Of a DNA stretch of 64,000 nucleotides, positions 29,912-40,419 are shown in pieces. A program made the position numbers and the translations under genes. Position 1 is the stretch's first letter, and each line of letters begins with the position of its first letter. Below the pieces are notes generated by a model, which was given only the letters and a program-made list of their open reading frames with translations, was not told the DNA's origin and did no database searches. Source of the stretch: Candidatus Omnitrophota bacterium (GTDB taxonomy: Bacteria; Omnitrophota; Gorgyraeia; Zapsychrales; Fredricksoniimonadaceae); contig JAUSEK010000012.1 in NCBI GenBank assembly GCA_030650275.1, forward strand, positions 472-64,471. Direction: 5' to 3'.

Positions 29912-30751
29912 TTAAACCACCTGCAACGAGAGTTTCGGGGCGTTTTGGTTTAAGTTTTCCTGTTCACATTGCCTCAAGAATTCCTCAGGCGTTTTGTAAT
30001 CCAATGAGCTGTGCGGCCTGAAGGTATTATACTCGATCCGCCATTCTTCGATCTTGTTTTTTGCCTCCTGCATGTCCGAAAAGTAATTCTCGTTTAAACA
30101 TTCATCGCGGAAGCGCCCATGGAACGATTCGACATAGGCGTTCTCAACTGGCTTGCCCGGACGGATGAAGTCCAGTTTGACCCCATGGCGATACGCCCAT
30201 TCATCCAGGACCTTGGAGATGAACTCCGGACCGTTATCCACACGGATCGAATTTGGGAAGCCTTTAAGATCGACCAGCCGCTCCAGGATCCTGACGGCCC
30301 TGAACCCCGGCAACGATGTATCGGATTCAACGGTCATGCATTCCCGGGTGTATGTGTCGACAATGGACAATGTCCTGAACTTACGCCCGCTCCAGAGTGA
30401 ATCCTGGATAAAGTCCATGGCCCAGCGCTCGTTGGGTCTGGTTGCTGACGGCAGAGGACTGCGCACAACAGCCGCGAACTTGCAACGCCGACGGATCCTC
30501 AAAGATAAGCCCTCCTGACGGTAAATCCTCTCGGTTCTTTTATGGTTAATGACCAGTCCTTCACGCCGGATGAGCACATAAAGCCTGATGTGTCCGTAAC
30601 GCCTGTGCTTCTCGGCCAGTTCTTTGAGCCGTTGCCTGATCCTATCATTAAGATCATTTGGCTTAGGGTCATAGTGCATCACCGTCCGGGACACCAACAC
30701 CAGGGTGCAGGCCCTCCGCTGGGAGAGACCGTGACGTTCGATCATGTGCAA
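29912..30751 (-). CDS. IS3 transposase OrfB (DDE/rve core), expressed by -1 frameshift
   Basis: WAMDF, VDNGPEF, PGKPVENAYVESFHGRFRDE and YN..RPHSSL motifs. Confidence 0.93.
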   Translation of the reverse strand: MHMIERHGLSQRRACTLVLVSRTVMHYDPKPNDLNDRIRQRLKELAEKHRRYGHIRLYVLIRREGLVINHKRTERIYRQEGLSLRIRRRCKFAAVVRSPLPSATRPNERWAMDFIQDSLWSGRKFRTLSIVDTYTRECMTVESDTSLPGFRAVRILERLVDLKGFPNSIRVDNGPEFISKVLDEWAYRHGVKLDFIRPGKPVENAYVESFHGRFRDECLNENYFSDMQEAKNKIEEWRIEYNTFRPHSSLDYKTPEEFLRQCEQENLNQNAPKLSLQVV

Positions 30752-30777
30752 CGCCGCGTTCTTCCTGGCTTTGGGCC

Positions 30778-31041
30778 TTAGAAGTTTTTTGAGAGCACGT
30801 CCTTCAAGGCCCGGTTGTCCAAAGACAAGTCGGCCACAATGTGCTTGAGCTTGCTGTTCTCTTCCTCAAGCGCCTTCATCTTCCTCAAATCAGAGACCTC
30901 AAGACCTGAATACTTGGCCTTCCACTTGTAAAACGTGGCATCCGATATGCCGTGTTGCCGGCAAAGCTCGCCTGTTTTGGTCCCAGCTTGGGCATCCTTG
31001 AGCACTGCGATGATCTGTTCTTCGGTGTAGCGTTTTGCCAT
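30778..31041 (-). CDS. IS3 transposase OrfA (HTH)
   Basis: RYTEEQII..L...LCRQHGISDATFYKWK..LEEEN pattern. Confidence 0.93.
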   Translation of the reverse strand: MAKRYTEEQIIAVLKDAQAGTKTGELCRQHGISDATFYKWKAKYSGLEVSDLRKMKALEEENSKLKHIVADLSLDNRALKDVLSKNF

Positions 31042-31247
31042 GTGAAGCCTCCTTGTTGGGTTAGTTTACCCTAGGAAACTCTACATGCAAATGGCTTTAA
31101 TTGGTGGGGTGGGGTCAATGGTAAAACTGACGATGACCACACTGCAGATCAGCTGTCGGAAAAGGGGGTTCATTAGTAAAAATATATACTATATTTGGCA
31201 AAAAACAAGAGGTTGACGCGGTTTTTTGGAAAGCGTTTTCCAAAAAA

Positions 31248-31760
31248 TTACAGACGCTGGATGAGATTAACTGTGGAAGCGATCTCGGCATCAACAAGGT
31301 CAAGATCATGTTGAAGGATCAGCCGGATGGATTCCGACTTTTGGGGGGATTTTTCTCTCAATTGGGCCAGTTGGCGGCTGATCTTCCTTAAAAGCGTGAT
31401 CCTGGCCTTCAAGCGTCGTTTGGCCATGTCTTTGTCCACCAAAGGCAGAAAATACAAAGACAGGTCCATCTGAAAGAACGGGCGCTCCAAAGATAAAAAA
31501 CTGGACTGAACGAGCCGGTCAAATTTCTTTTTGCCCTTGACGGTGATGCGGTAAACGTGTTTTTCCGGACGGCGACCCTCCCTGCCGGTCTGTTTTTCAA
31601 TGAAACCCTCTTCTTCCATTTTCTGCAGAGGATAATAAATGGATTTGATCTTGATCCCGATATTGGGAGCCACGTCCGCTTCGATCTGGCGTTTGATCTC
31701 GTAGCCGTGTTTGGGGCCCGACGCTAAAAGACCTAAAAATAAAAGTTCGTGTTCGATCAT
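31248..31760 (-). CDS. PadR family transcriptional regulator
   Basis: LGLL..GPKHGYEI...SIY..L..MEEEG....Y.IT.KG pattern. Confidence 0.9.
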   Translation of the reverse strand: MIEHELLFLGLLASGPKHGYEIKRQIEADVAPNIGIKIKSIYYPLQKMEEEGFIEKQTGREGRRPEKHVYRITVKGKKKFDRLVQSSFLSLERPFFQMDLSLYFLPLVDKDMAKRRLKARITLLRKISRQLAQLREKSPQKSESIRLILQHDLDLVDAEIASTVNLIQRL

Positions 31761-32176
31761 GGAGCGGTCAAAGCCTTGTCCAGGTCCTTGAACAGGGCCT
31801 TGGCAACGGCGCGTTTGGCGTTGGTGCTCAAAGAGGAAAGTTCAATGCGGACCTCATTGTCAGATATCTCAACGAAAAAGATCCCGACCTCTGTCGTATT
31901 GATGTAGCCGGGGATGCCCATAACGACCACATGGCCCCTCACCTCGTCTTTTTGGAATATCAGATAGTGGTTCTCTTCAACGGCCTTCAGCACGGCCTCC
32001 ATGCATTCCCAGTATCCTTTGGGATACGTCCTGGTGATGGCGTCCACGCGCCTTTTTTCCATTTCCCGGGTGGAAGAGCCCCAGAAGGTCTTGCCGACCT
32101 CAGCCACCGACGCGCACCCGGCCAGGGCAAGAGATAAAATAACGACGGCAAAAACCCTCATTTCCCGATGTTTCAT
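31757..32176 (-). CDS. Putative lipoprotein
   Basis: Lipobox LAGC after a hydrophobic stretch; overlapping operon junctions. Confidence 0.7.
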   Translation of the reverse strand: MKHREMRVFAVVILSLALAGCASVAEVGKTFWGSSTREMEKRRVDAITRTYPKGYWECMEAVLKAVEENHYLIFQKDEVRGHVVVMGIPGYINTTEVGIFFVEISDNEVRIELSSLSTNAKRAVAKALFKDLDKALTAP

Positions 32177-32988
32177 GGCCCCTCCGGCTGCCCTTCGGGC
32201 AGAAGTTTGGATTTTTCCAAAGCCACGAGCTTGGAACGGGTTTTTTCCAATTCAAATTGGGACAATTTCTCGCGTTTGGTGAACTCTTGATTCTGTTTTT
32301 CCATCTCCCGCAAAACCTCCTCCAGACGGTTCTTCGTCGCCTGCAGTTCGATCTGGTCCTTCTCCATGGCCGCCACGCGGCCCAGGGCCTGCTCCAACTG
32401 GACCTTATAATTATCGCACATGCGTTCAAATCCCGAGGCCTGCGCCCGGTGTTTGGTGATCTCGTTGTGCAGGGCCTCGGTCTCTTCAACGGACGCCGGC
32501 CCCGCCGATGGCGGGGCGGCTTTCAACGCGGTGATCTGGGCATTGGCCGCCAGCAGTTCATCCCCCATGTGTTTGCGTACAGCGGCGATCTCATCCTGCA
32601 GTTCTTTGATCTTCGCCTGTCCTGCCTCCAACTGCTTCTGTAACGAAGAATTGTCCTCGCGCAAGCGATCCAAAGACTGCTGGGTCTCGGCCATCCTGGC
32701 CTTGTTCCCCTGTTGCGTCTCTGTCTTTAATTTTTCATTTTCTTTAGTCAGGGCATCGATCTTCGTCATGGCTTCCTGGGCCTGGGTCACCGCTTTCTCG
32801 GACATGAGACGCATTTCCTCTTCCAGGTCTTCAATATGTTTTTGAAGTCCCGGATCCTTCATTGCGGAGGGCATGATCGGCTGGATGGATATGGGCTGGA
32901 CGGATTCTTTGCGCAGCATACTGAACAAAAATCCCAGGAGAGCGCCCGCAAAGAACATGATCCCGACGATCATATAAAAAGTCATCAT
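32173..32988 (-). CDS. Membrane-anchored coiled-coil protein
   Basis: N-terminal TM helix followed by E/K/Q/L-rich heptads; SD AAGGAG. Confidence 0.75.
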   Translation of the reverse strand: MMTFYMIVGIMFFAGALLGFLFSMLRKESVQPISIQPIMPSAMKDPGLQKHIEDLEEEMRLMSEKAVTQAQEAMTKIDALTKENEKLKTETQQGNKARMAETQQSLDRLREDNSSLQKQLEAGQAKIKELQDEIAAVRKHMGDELLAANAQITALKAAPPSAGPASVEETEALHNEITKHRAQASGFERMCDNYKVQLEQALGRVAAMEKDQIELQATKNRLEEVLREMEKQNQEFTKREKLSQFELEKTRSKLVALEKSKLLPEGQPEGP

Positions 32989-32997
32989 AAGCGCTCC

Positions 32998-33969
32998 TTA
33001 TAAAATACTTTTGTTTTTAAGATACCCGCAATAATCACGGACACCATCTTCCAAAGACAAAAACGGTTTCACATACCCGGCCCGGCGCAATTTGCTGATA
33101 TCAGCTTGTGTAAAATATTGGTAACGCGTCTTTAAGATCTCCGGCATTTCACTATATTCAACGTGGACCGGTTTGCCCACGGCGGAAAAAAGCGCGGCGG
33201 CCAGATCATTCCACGTGCGGGCATGGCCCATCCCCAGATTAAAGATCCCGTTAACGTCCTTATGGTCCATAAAGAACAAAAGCGCGTCAACGGCGTCTTT
33301 GACATAAATGAAATCCCGCATCTGTTCTCCGTCTTTATACTGGGGGTTATAGGATCTAAAAAGCGCCATTTTCCCGTCGGAGACGACCCTGTCATAGGCC
33401 TTGGCGACAACACTTTGCATGTCCCCCTTGTGGTATTCATTGGGACCGAACACGTTAAAGAACTTCACCCCCACCATGCGGTCCTGATAGCCATGGGCCA
33501 AGACCCACTCATCAAATTTTTGTTTGGATCCGCCATAGAGATTCAGCGGTTTTAGCCGGGAAATTTTTGTTTCATCGTCACTGTAGCCCCGACTGCCGTC
33601 GCCGTAGGTCGCGGCGGACGAAGCATAGATCAAACGGGCCTTGAACTTGACGGCCCAATCGGCAACATGGCAGGAATATTCAAAATTATTGGTCTGAAAA
33701 TACGCGGCATCCTGCAAAATGGTGGAACTGCACGCGCCCATGTGAAAAATACAGTCAACGTTGAAATCAAAATGGCCGCGGCGGATGAGTTTTAAGAACT
33801 CGGCCTTGTCAAAATAACGCACATATTTCTTTCCGGCCAAATTCTTCTTTTTAGGATCATCGTCGCCGTCATAATGGTCCACGGCGATGATGTCCTGACG
33901 CTTCAATTCATTGAGCTTCGCGACTAAGCAGCTGCCGATAAACCCCGCGGCTCCGGTGACGACGATCAT
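32998..33969 (-). CDS. hldD: ADP-L-glycero-D-manno-heptose 6-epimerase
   Basis: MIVVTGAAGFIGS, HMGACSST, YASSAATYG, PLNLYGGSK, FNVFGPNEYHKG and YQYFTQAD motifs. Confidence 0.95.
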   Translation of the reverse strand: MIVVTGAAGFIGSCLVAKLNELKRQDIIAVDHYDGDDDPKKKNLAGKKYVRYFDKAEFLKLIRRGHFDFNVDCIFHMGACSSTILQDAAYFQTNNFEYSCHVADWAVKFKARLIYASSAATYGDGSRGYSDDETKISRLKPLNLYGGSKQKFDEWVLAHGYQDRMVGVKFFNVFGPNEYHKGDMQSVVAKAYDRVVSDGKMALFRSYNPQYKDGEQMRDFIYVKDAVDALLFFMDHKDVNGIFNLGMGHARTWNDLAAALFSAVGKPVHVEYSEMPEILKTRYQYFTQADISKLRRAGYVKPFLSLEDGVRDYCGYLKNKSIL

Positions 33970-33984
33970 ATTCCCCCTGTGCCT

Positions 33985-34014
33985 GTACGGGCGCGGCTGC
34001 CGCCGTGCCCCTAC
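33985..34014. repeat. GTAG-type REP palindrome that includes the stop codon of the upstream gene
   Basis: GTAGGGGCACGGC...CGCCCGTAC on the minus strand; TAG at 34011-34013 ends the ORF. Confidence 0.65.
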
Positions 34015-34610
34015 CTTGTTTGCGCGGCAATTTTCTCCCCCAAGGCCTCTCCTAAGGCACCGGCGGCCTGGAAAACATCCTTAAAATCACCCAAATGCGC
34101 ATAACCGGCAAACGTCAGGACTTTGGCCCCCGTTGAGGACAGCCAGATCTCCCCTGATATGGCCAGGCGTCCTTTCTCCCGGCGTAAAACCAAACGTTTT
34201 AAACGGCTATTTTGTAAAAGTTCCTCGATATATCCTTGAAAAACCAGGTTCGGTTCATCCTCCGGCGCGGCGATGATCAAAGATGTCCGGCTTTGCGCGA
34301 TCCGGTCCGCCATACCCTTGATGATCATCAATGAAACGCGGTCCGATTGTTCATCAGCCGATGCCCGGGCCCCGGCCTTTAAAGGGGTGAACGCTATTTT
34401 TCCGCCGGACTTAAGAGCCGCGGCATCAACAAGAGTGATAGCAACATTGAGGGGTTTTTCAGACGGCTTGACCTGCGCCTGCCCCCCGCCAAGGCGGGGC
34501 GAGGCGTGCCAAAAACAGCCGCTGAAGGCGAATACGAAGGCCGCGCACATCAAAGGAAGAATGGACATCATTACGGGATAAATCTTAGCATAGACCGGGC
34601 AGGGGCTCAA
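34011..34610 (-). CDS. Putative lipoprotein
   Basis: FSGC lipobox-like motif; true start probably the MMSI near 34570. Confidence 0.6.
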   Translation of the reverse strand: MSPCPVYAKIYPVMMSILPLMCAAFVFAFSGCFWHASPRLGGGQAQVKPSEKPLNVAITLVDAAALKSGGKIAFTPLKAGARASADEQSDRVSLMIIKGMADRIAQSRTSLIIAAPEDEPNLVFQGYIEELLQNSRLKRLVLRREKGRLAISGEIWLSSTGAKVLTFAGYAHLGDFKDVFQAAGALGEALGEKIAAQTR

Positions 34611-34627
34611 CCATAAAGCGGTTATTG

Positions 34628-35821
34628 TTAATGGGTAATGACGGACATGGCTTTAAGGTCAACGTTCGGGGTCGGCCGGCACAGATAATAACCCTGACCG
34701 GCGTCCACGCCCAATTCGATGAGCATATCAAGGTCCTGTTTGTCTTCAATGCCTTCCGCAACGCAGATCACATTATTTTCCCGGCAAAAAGAAGCGATCA
34801 ATTTGACGATGCTTTTTTTCACGCAGTCGTAAGCCAGGCCGGACACGATGTGCCGGTCGAGTTTGATGACTTCCGGACGTGTTTCAACGATGGACTCCAG
34901 GCTGGCAAAACCGCCGCCCACGTCGTCAATGGCGATCTTGAACCCTTCCCGGCGGTAATCCAAAAGGCGGTCAAAAAATATCTTGTATTGGCTGATGGCG
35001 GAACGTTCCGTGATCTCCAAAAATACTTTCTGACTGGGCATTCCCCAGTCGCTGAACATGTCTTTGACCACAACGAACTTGTCGCTTTCAACCAGATAGG
35101 GGTCGCAATTCAAGAACAAATGCTCCTGATCAAAGAGCCGTGTCGCGATCGCCAATGCCTTTCTCCAGACCACCATTTCCAACTGATAATACAGGCCGAA
35201 ACGCAAGGCGGCTTTGAACATCTCCTCCGGGTTGGATAAAATCCCCTTGGTCTGGGGACGGCTCAAGACCTCAAGGCCGAACAAACGCATGGGTTTTAAG
35301 AAATAAATGGGCTGGAAATACGGAATGATCCGTTCATGCTTGATGATCTGCCGCAATTCATGCATCACCGCGTACTGCTGCTGTGAGTGCTCGTGGTCGA
35401 CTGTATGATTGCTGCGCCTCAGCACGGCTTCAATGCGGGCGAACAATTCTTCGGGCTCAAAGGGCTTGGCCAGATAATCATCCACTCCGAGATGAAAACT
35501 TTCGATCTTGTCACGGCTCTGGGTATTGGCGCTGATAATGATGATGGGGATATTTTGGGTCCGGGCATTGCTTTTTAAAAGCCGGCAGACCTTAAAGCCC
35601 TGTTGGTCCGGTAAGAGAAGATCAAGAAGGATGAGGTCCACATCGCCATTGACTTTTTCCAGGGCCTCACGGCCGTTTTTAACGGCCGTGGCCTTATACC
35701 CGTGTGTGCCCAGAAGCAATAAAAGAAGCTGGGAGATCGCGGGTTCATCATCGACGACCAAAATCCTTTGATTGTTGAGCGTACCGCTGTCCATCGCCAG
35801 GGTTTTCCTTTCGAGGTGCAA
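34628..35821 (-). CDS. Response regulator with EAL (c-di-GMP phosphodiesterase) domain
   Basis: REC domain (VVDDE, LLDL, KPF) plus EAL domain (FQPI, EVLSR, LEITE, IDDVG, IKLD, AEGIE, QGY). Start may be 35794. Confidence 0.92.
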   Translation of the reverse strand: MHLERKTLAMDSGTLNNQRILVVDDEPAISQLLLLLLGTHGYKATAVKNGREALEKVNGDVDLILLDLLLPDQQGFKVCRLLKSNARTQNIPIIIISANTQSRDKIESFHLGVDDYLAKPFEPEELFARIEAVLRRSNHTVDHEHSQQQYAVMHELRQIIKHERIIPYFQPIYFLKPMRLFGLEVLSRPQTKGILSNPEEMFKAALRFGLYYQLEMVVWRKALAIATRLFDQEHLFLNCDPYLVESDKFVVVKDMFSDWGMPSQKVFLEITERSAISQYKIFFDRLLDYRREGFKIAIDDVGGGFASLESIVETRPEVIKLDRHIVSGLAYDCVKKSIVKLIASFCRENNVICVAEGIEDKQDLDMLIELGVDAGQGYYLCRPTPNVDLKAMSVITH

Positions 35822-36001
35822 AGCGGGCTTTAATCTTTACTTAAAGTATAGTCTAACGCCGGAAGGAATCGATGGCTGTAAAGCGAAATCATTAGATTCT
35901 TTCGTCTGGCCTATCTTTTTATCCTTAAGGGGAATAAGCGGTTAGATAAAAAAACGTCTTTTTAAGAAAATGCTTTCCCAAAAACCAGAAAAACAGCGGG
36001 A

Positions 36002-36535
36002 TTATTGACCTAAAACAGAAAATTCGGCAAAACAATACGATGGGCCGGATCCGGAGGAAACAGGGGTGCGGCGGACTTCTTTAAAGCGGTTTGGAATGGA
36101 TGGGAAGAAAACGTCACAAGCAAGATCACCCGCAACAAACGTTACAAACAAACGTTGGCATAGAGGATGATGAAGGGCGTATGTATAAATTTGAGCGCCG
36201 CCAATCACAAAAATATTTTCTATTTTAGGATCTTTCTCTAACACCTCCATCGCTCTTTCAAGGGTCGGTTCGACCAAGGCCCCCTGCGCTTTAAAACCGG
36301 CACTCCGGCTCAAGACCACATTCAAACGGTTAGGCAAAGGCCTGAATTTCTCGGGTAGAGATTCCCAGGTTTTGCGTCCCATAATGACGGCATTTTTTTG
36401 AGACGGGCCAGAGGTCCTGGTCGTCATGTCCTTAAAATGTTTTAAGTCCTCGGGAAGATGCCACGGCAGGGCACCGTTCTTGCCGATCCCCCTGCGATCA
36501 TCCATGGCAACAATAATGGAAAACATTTTGGCCAT
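36002..36535 (-). CDS. folA: Dihydrofolate reductase
   Basis: GIGKNG.LPW.LPEDL..F, MGRKTWES, PLPNR.N.V and IGGAQIY motifs. Start reassigned downstream of a repeat. Confidence 0.95.
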   Translation of the reverse strand: MAKMFSIIVAMDDRRGIGKNGALPWHLPEDLKHFKDMTTRTSGPSQKNAVIMGRKTWESLPEKFRPLPNRLNVVLSRSAGFKAQGALVEPTLERAMEVLEKDPKIENIFVIGGAQIYTYALHHPLCQRLFVTFVAGDLACDVFFPSIPNRFKEVRRTPVSSGSGPSYCFAEFSVLGQ

Positions 36536-36547
36536 TTTGTGGTGAGT

Positions 36548-36595
36548 CCTTCGACTTCGCTCAGGATGCTTCGAAGGATGCTGAGCCCGTCGAAG
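36548..36595. repeat. CTTCGAC...CTCAG/CTGAG...GTCGAAG palindromic REP-like element
   Basis: Inverted arms in the thyA-folA gap. Confidence 0.65.
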
Positions 36596-36607
36596 CACCT
36601 GTCCATA

Positions 36608-37423
36608 TCATACTGCAATAGGAAATTTGATGAAGGCGGCCGGCTGATAGCCGATCAATTTAATGTCTTCAAAGCGGTAGTCCAGGACATTTTTCTTTGC
36701 CAATTCCAGACGGGGTAATGGCCCGGGCGCGCGTTCCAGCTGGATCTTGAGCCCGTCGATGTGGTTGAGATAAATATGAGCGTCCCCCAGGGTGTGGACG
36801 AAGATCCCCGGGGTAAGGCCGCATTCGGCAGCGGCCATGCTCATCAGAAGCGCGTAACTGGCGATATTGAACGGCACACCCAAAGCCACATCCGCCGAGC
36901 GCTGATACATTTGGCAATCCAGACGTCCATTGGCAACGTAAAACTGGATCAAAGCGTGGCAGGGCGGCAAAGCCATGCGCCCGATATCAGCGACATTCCA
37001 GGTGCTGACAATGATGCGCCGGGAGCCCGGATCTGTCTTGATGAGGTCCAGGGCCTGGCGGATCTGGTCCACATGCTCTTTGCGATAGGCCTTTGCCTTT
37101 TCATCCCATACGAATCTTTCCCATTTGCGCCACTGATACCCGTAAATAGGCCCTAACTCCCCGTCGGCATCAGCCCAGGCGTTCCAAATAGGTGTATGGG
37201 CTTTGAGATCATCGTTGATGTTGGTGGCCCCGCGCAAGAACCACAACAATTCATGGACCACGGCATCAAAAAGGACTTTCTTGGTGGTTAAAATAGGGAA
37301 ACCGTGGCGCAGGTCATATTTCGTCTGGTAGCCGAAAACAGAGATCGTCCCGGTGCCGGTGCGGTCTTCTTTTTTCTCGCCGTGCTCCAGGATATGGCGC
37401 ACCAGGTCCAAATATTGCCTCAT
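36608..37423 (-). CDS. thyA: Thymidylate synthase
   Basis: [36 protein letters not shown] and DAHIY.NH motifs; ATGA overlap with glgP. Confidence 0.97.
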   Translation of the reverse strand: MRQYLDLVRHILEHGEKKEDRTGTGTISVFGYQTKYDLRHGFPILTTKKVLFDAVVHELLWFLRGATNINDDLKAHTPIWNAWADADGELGPIYGYQWRKWERFVWDEKAKAYRKEHVDQIRQALDLIKTDPGSRRIIVSTWNVADIGRMALPPCHALIQFYVANGRLDCQMYQRSADVALGVPFNIASYALLMSMAAAECGLTPGIFVHTLGDAHIYLNHIDGLKIQLERAPGPLPRLELAKKNVLDYRFEDIKLIGYQPAAFIKFPIAV

Positions 37424-39420
37424 CCCTTCTTCTCCCACATCTTCAAACGGTATTCTTCCACCATGCGCTGGGTATTGAAAAAAGCCCCCCGGCGCACGCA
37501 ATGGATCATCTTGTCAACCCAGGGACTGCGCGCATCCACGCTTCCCTTGCGGTTGGTCTGGTAATACAGCGTCATGACCTCTTTCAATACCCGGCACAGG
37601 GCTGCCGAGTCCTCGTCGAGACGAAGATTGGATTCGCTGCCGATCTCACGGCCGTGATGTTCATATCCGAAGATCCATCCGATATTGTCCCTGGCCGCCT
37701 CCACCACCCACCCGTCGAGGGTGGACAGTTGGACCACCCCGTTGAGAATGGCTTTCATGCCGCTGGTGCCGGAGGCCTCGAAGGGCGGCAGAGGATTATT
37801 GAGCCACACATCCACGGAATTGCTCAACAATTTTCCGAAATACGTATCGTAATTCTCTAGGATCAAGACCTTGATCAGGTCATACTGCGCGTTGAGCTTG
37901 TCGATATGGCTTAAAATATCCTGGATGTGGGCGGCGCCGATATTGTCATTGGGGTGCGCTTTGCCGGCCAGCACGATCTGGATGGGGCCTATCTTGCGCG
38001 CCAGATCCAGGACCTCATCAATGCGATGGAACAATAATGAAGGCCGTTTATACCCTGTGATGCGCCGCGCCCAGCCGATGGTCAGGACGTTTTCGTCCAA
38101 TTTCCACGGCTTGACCACGGCAAGGAAGTTGCGCTTATTGGCCTGATGCGCTTCAAAGATATCTTTACGGAAATGGTCGTCGCGCATCAATTTTGACACG
38201 TGTTCCAGGTTCTTCGGCTCCCGTCTCCAGTCGCCGAAAACATGGGGATAGCGGTCAAAGAGCGCGGCAAAAGATTCCGAAACCCAGGTGTGGATGTGCA
38301 CGCCGTTGGTGATGGCATCAATGCGTTTCGCGTACGCGGGAAACTGCAGGCGCATGATCTCCCCGTGTTTTTGCGCCACGGCATTGACCTGACGGCAATT
38401 GTCCAGGCAGATATGGGTCAGGCTGATGTCCTGGGAATCCGGCCCTTCCTTGCCGAATTTTTTGGCGGCCTGCACGTATTCGTCGGGAAAGATCTCTTCA
38501 ATATCGCGGATGCCGAAACGGTCGTGCCCCGCCGCCACCGGCGTATGGCAGGTGAAAACGAACTTCTTTTTTTCTTCATCCATGCGGTTCTTGTCTGTGA
38601 GCCCGATGTATTTCTCGAGAATGGCGAACGCCGCGTGGCCTTCATTGAGATGATAACAGCCGATCTTCAGATCCAGCTTCCCGACGGCTTTCATGCCGCC
38701 GATGCCCAGGATGGAGCGCTGGAAAATACGCCATGACACGTGATCGCTGCGATAAAGCTGGTCGGTGAGTTTACGGAAATGCTCGCTGTTCTGGGGAACA
38801 TTGGAATCCAGCAGGACCAGCGGACAGACATGCTTTTTGTCGTAACTGAACACATAATATTTCCACAGCCGCAAATGAAGATCCCCGTTCTTGGTGGACA
38901 TGATCACGCGGTGTTTTAAAGGGATCAGCCCCGGATAGGTGCACGGGTCCCAGGAAAGTTCCTCGGGTACCTGGCCGTGTTTATACCAGAAATTCTGTTT
39001 GAAATACCCCTTGTTCCATAAGATCCCGAAAGCCACGGACACAACGCCCAGATCCGCCATGGTTTTGACCGTGTCCCCGGCGAGAACACCCAAACCCCCG
39101 CTGTAAATGGGGATATCGAGCATCTTGTTGATATCGATCTTAAAAACGTAATCGGACAGCCAGTAATTGGAGAAAACCTCGTGCTTAAAGAACTGGTTCT
39201 TTGCGCTCATGGGGCCGCTCAAGCGAAAGGAATTGTAAATGCTGGGTGCCAGGCCATATTCCATGGAAAAATACGCCACGGACCTGTGTCCCTCTTCGGC
39301 CAATTTCTTTTCCGCGTCCAGGATCGGCTGCAGGGGAAAACCAAAATAGGACTCCGGCGTGATGTCTTTGGCGTAATGGGAAAAATCTTCTATGGCGGAA
39401 ATGAATTCGTCGTAATTCAT
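37420..39420 (-). CDS. glgP: Alpha-glucan (glycogen/starch) phosphorylase
   Basis: [37 protein letters not shown] and EASGTSGMK (PLP lysine). Confidence 0.93.
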   Translation of the reverse strand: MNYDEFISAIEDFSHYAKDITPESYFGFPLQPILDAEKKLAEEGHRSVAYFSMEYGLAPSIYNSFRLSGPMSAKNQFFKHEVFSNYWLSDYVFKIDINKMLDIPIYSGGLGVLAGDTVKTMADLGVVSVAFGILWNKGYFKQNFWYKHGQVPEELSWDPCTYPGLIPLKHRVIMSTKNGDLHLRLWKYYVFSYDKKHVCPLVLLDSNVPQNSEHFRKLTDQLYRSDHVSWRIFQRSILGIGGMKAVGKLDLKIGCYHLNEGHAAFAILEKYIGLTDKNRMDEEKKKFVFTCHTPVAAGHDRFGIRDIEEIFPDEYVQAAKKFGKEGPDSQDISLTHICLDNCRQVNAVAQKHGEIMRLQFPAYAKRIDAITNGVHIHTWVSESFAALFDRYPHVFGDWRREPKNLEHVSKLMRDDHFRKDIFEAHQANKRNFLAVVKPWKLDENVLTIGWARRITGYKRPSLLFHRIDEVLDLARKIGPIQIVLAGKAHPNDNIGAAHIQDILSHIDKLNAQYDLIKVLILENYDTYFGKLLSNSVDVWLNNPLPPFEASGTSGMKAILNGVVQLSTLDGWVVEAARDNIGWIFGYEHHGREIGSESNLRLDEDSAALCRVLKEVMTLYYQTNRKGSVDARSPWVDKMIHCVRRGAFFNTQRMVEEYRLKMWEKKG

Positions 39421-39929
39421 GATTTTTTCATTATAGCATGCAGCGCCCTGGCGCCGGCGTCAATGATAAAAAAAGCATTGTGGGCCTTGGCGATGTGATA
39501 CCTGCCCCCGTCGAAACGGATGTCCCCTGATGCCAAAAGCCGTTTGAGCCGCAGATCCAAAATGGCCTTGCTGTCGTATGTCCGGCTGATCTCGGCCATG
39601 GTTTTGCCTTGCGGCGCCTCCAATTCGCTGATCAGGCGCAGGCGTATGGACGTGGCGTAAGGGCCGAAAATACAAAGCACATAAACAAAACCTGCCAGAC
39701 CGTACACGCACAAAGAAAAAATAAAAACCAGGAATTTATCCGTCACACTCAACCCGGGCAAAAATGAAACAGCCGCCGTCAGGACCAAAATCCCGAAATA
39801 AAAGAGCTTTTGAACAGCATCCAAAATGCCCGCAGCCGGCATACAGCGCAGGACCATGACGTGCGCCAGGACAAAAACAATGAACGCGCCCATGCCGCAC
39901 GCGACGATGATCTGATCCAAACCGGACAT
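39417..39929 (-). CDS. Small membrane protein
   Basis: Three hydrophobic segments plus soluble tail (RLKRL..SG); resembles the adjacent gene. Confidence 0.7.
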   Translation of the reverse strand: MSGLDQIIVACGMGAFIVFVLAHVMVLRCMPAAGILDAVQKLFYFGILVLTAAVSFLPGLSVTDKFLVFIFSLCVYGLAGFVYVLCIFGPYATSIRLRLISELEAPQGKTMAEISRTYDSKAILDLRLKRLLASGDIRFDGGRYHIAKAHNAFFIIDAGARALHAIMKKS

Positions 39930-39930
39930 G

Positions 39931-40419
39931 CTATCCCCCGGGGCCCTGCCCCAAAACCTTCTGATATATTTTTAAGACCCGCGCGATGTTCCGGCCCGAC
40001 GGGGTCAGGACGAATTTTTCTCCCGAACGCCCGACACAGCCGCTGTCCTGTAACTCACCCAAACGCAAAGAAATAAAATTCTCCCTCTCCAGCGCCTGCA
40101 GGATCATTTCATACGTCGCCCCCCGGTCTTCCTGGACAACGCGAAGGATATTTTTTGACGGGCTCATCAGCAGGGTGCTCACGTAAAATATCAAATACAC
40201 GGGGATCGCCAGAACATATAAAAAGACGGCTGTGAACGGCAGTCCCCTATCGGAAGGCGTCAGGAATAAAAAGCAAATGATCATAATGGTCCCGTTGGCC
40301 AAAGCGGTCAGGATAAAGGCCTTGGCCTGCAGGCCGGCCAAAGATGCTTTCCGGCAATAGCCAATATGAATGACGACGGACAAAACAAGAAAAATGAAAA
40401 CGATCATGAGATGGTTCAT
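39931..40419 (-). CDS. Small membrane protein
   Basis: Three hydrophobic segments plus winged-helix-like tail (RLGEL.DSG....F.LT.SG). Confidence 0.7.
   Translation of the reverse strand: MNHLMIVFIFLVLSVVIHIGYCRKASLAGLQAKAFILTALANGTIMIICFLFLTPSDRGLPFTAVFLYVLAIPVYLIFYVSTLLMSPSKNILRVVQEDRGATYEMILQALERENFISLRLGELQDSGCVGRSGEKFVLTPSGRNIARVLKIYQKVLGQGPGG

Larger units (their letters stand above)
29896..31117 (-). mobile_element. IS3 family insertion sequence
   Basis: TG...CA ends with terminal inverted repeats TGACCCCACCCC..AATTAAA; orfA/orfB layout; AAAAAAC slippery site at the orfA end. Confidence 0.93.
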
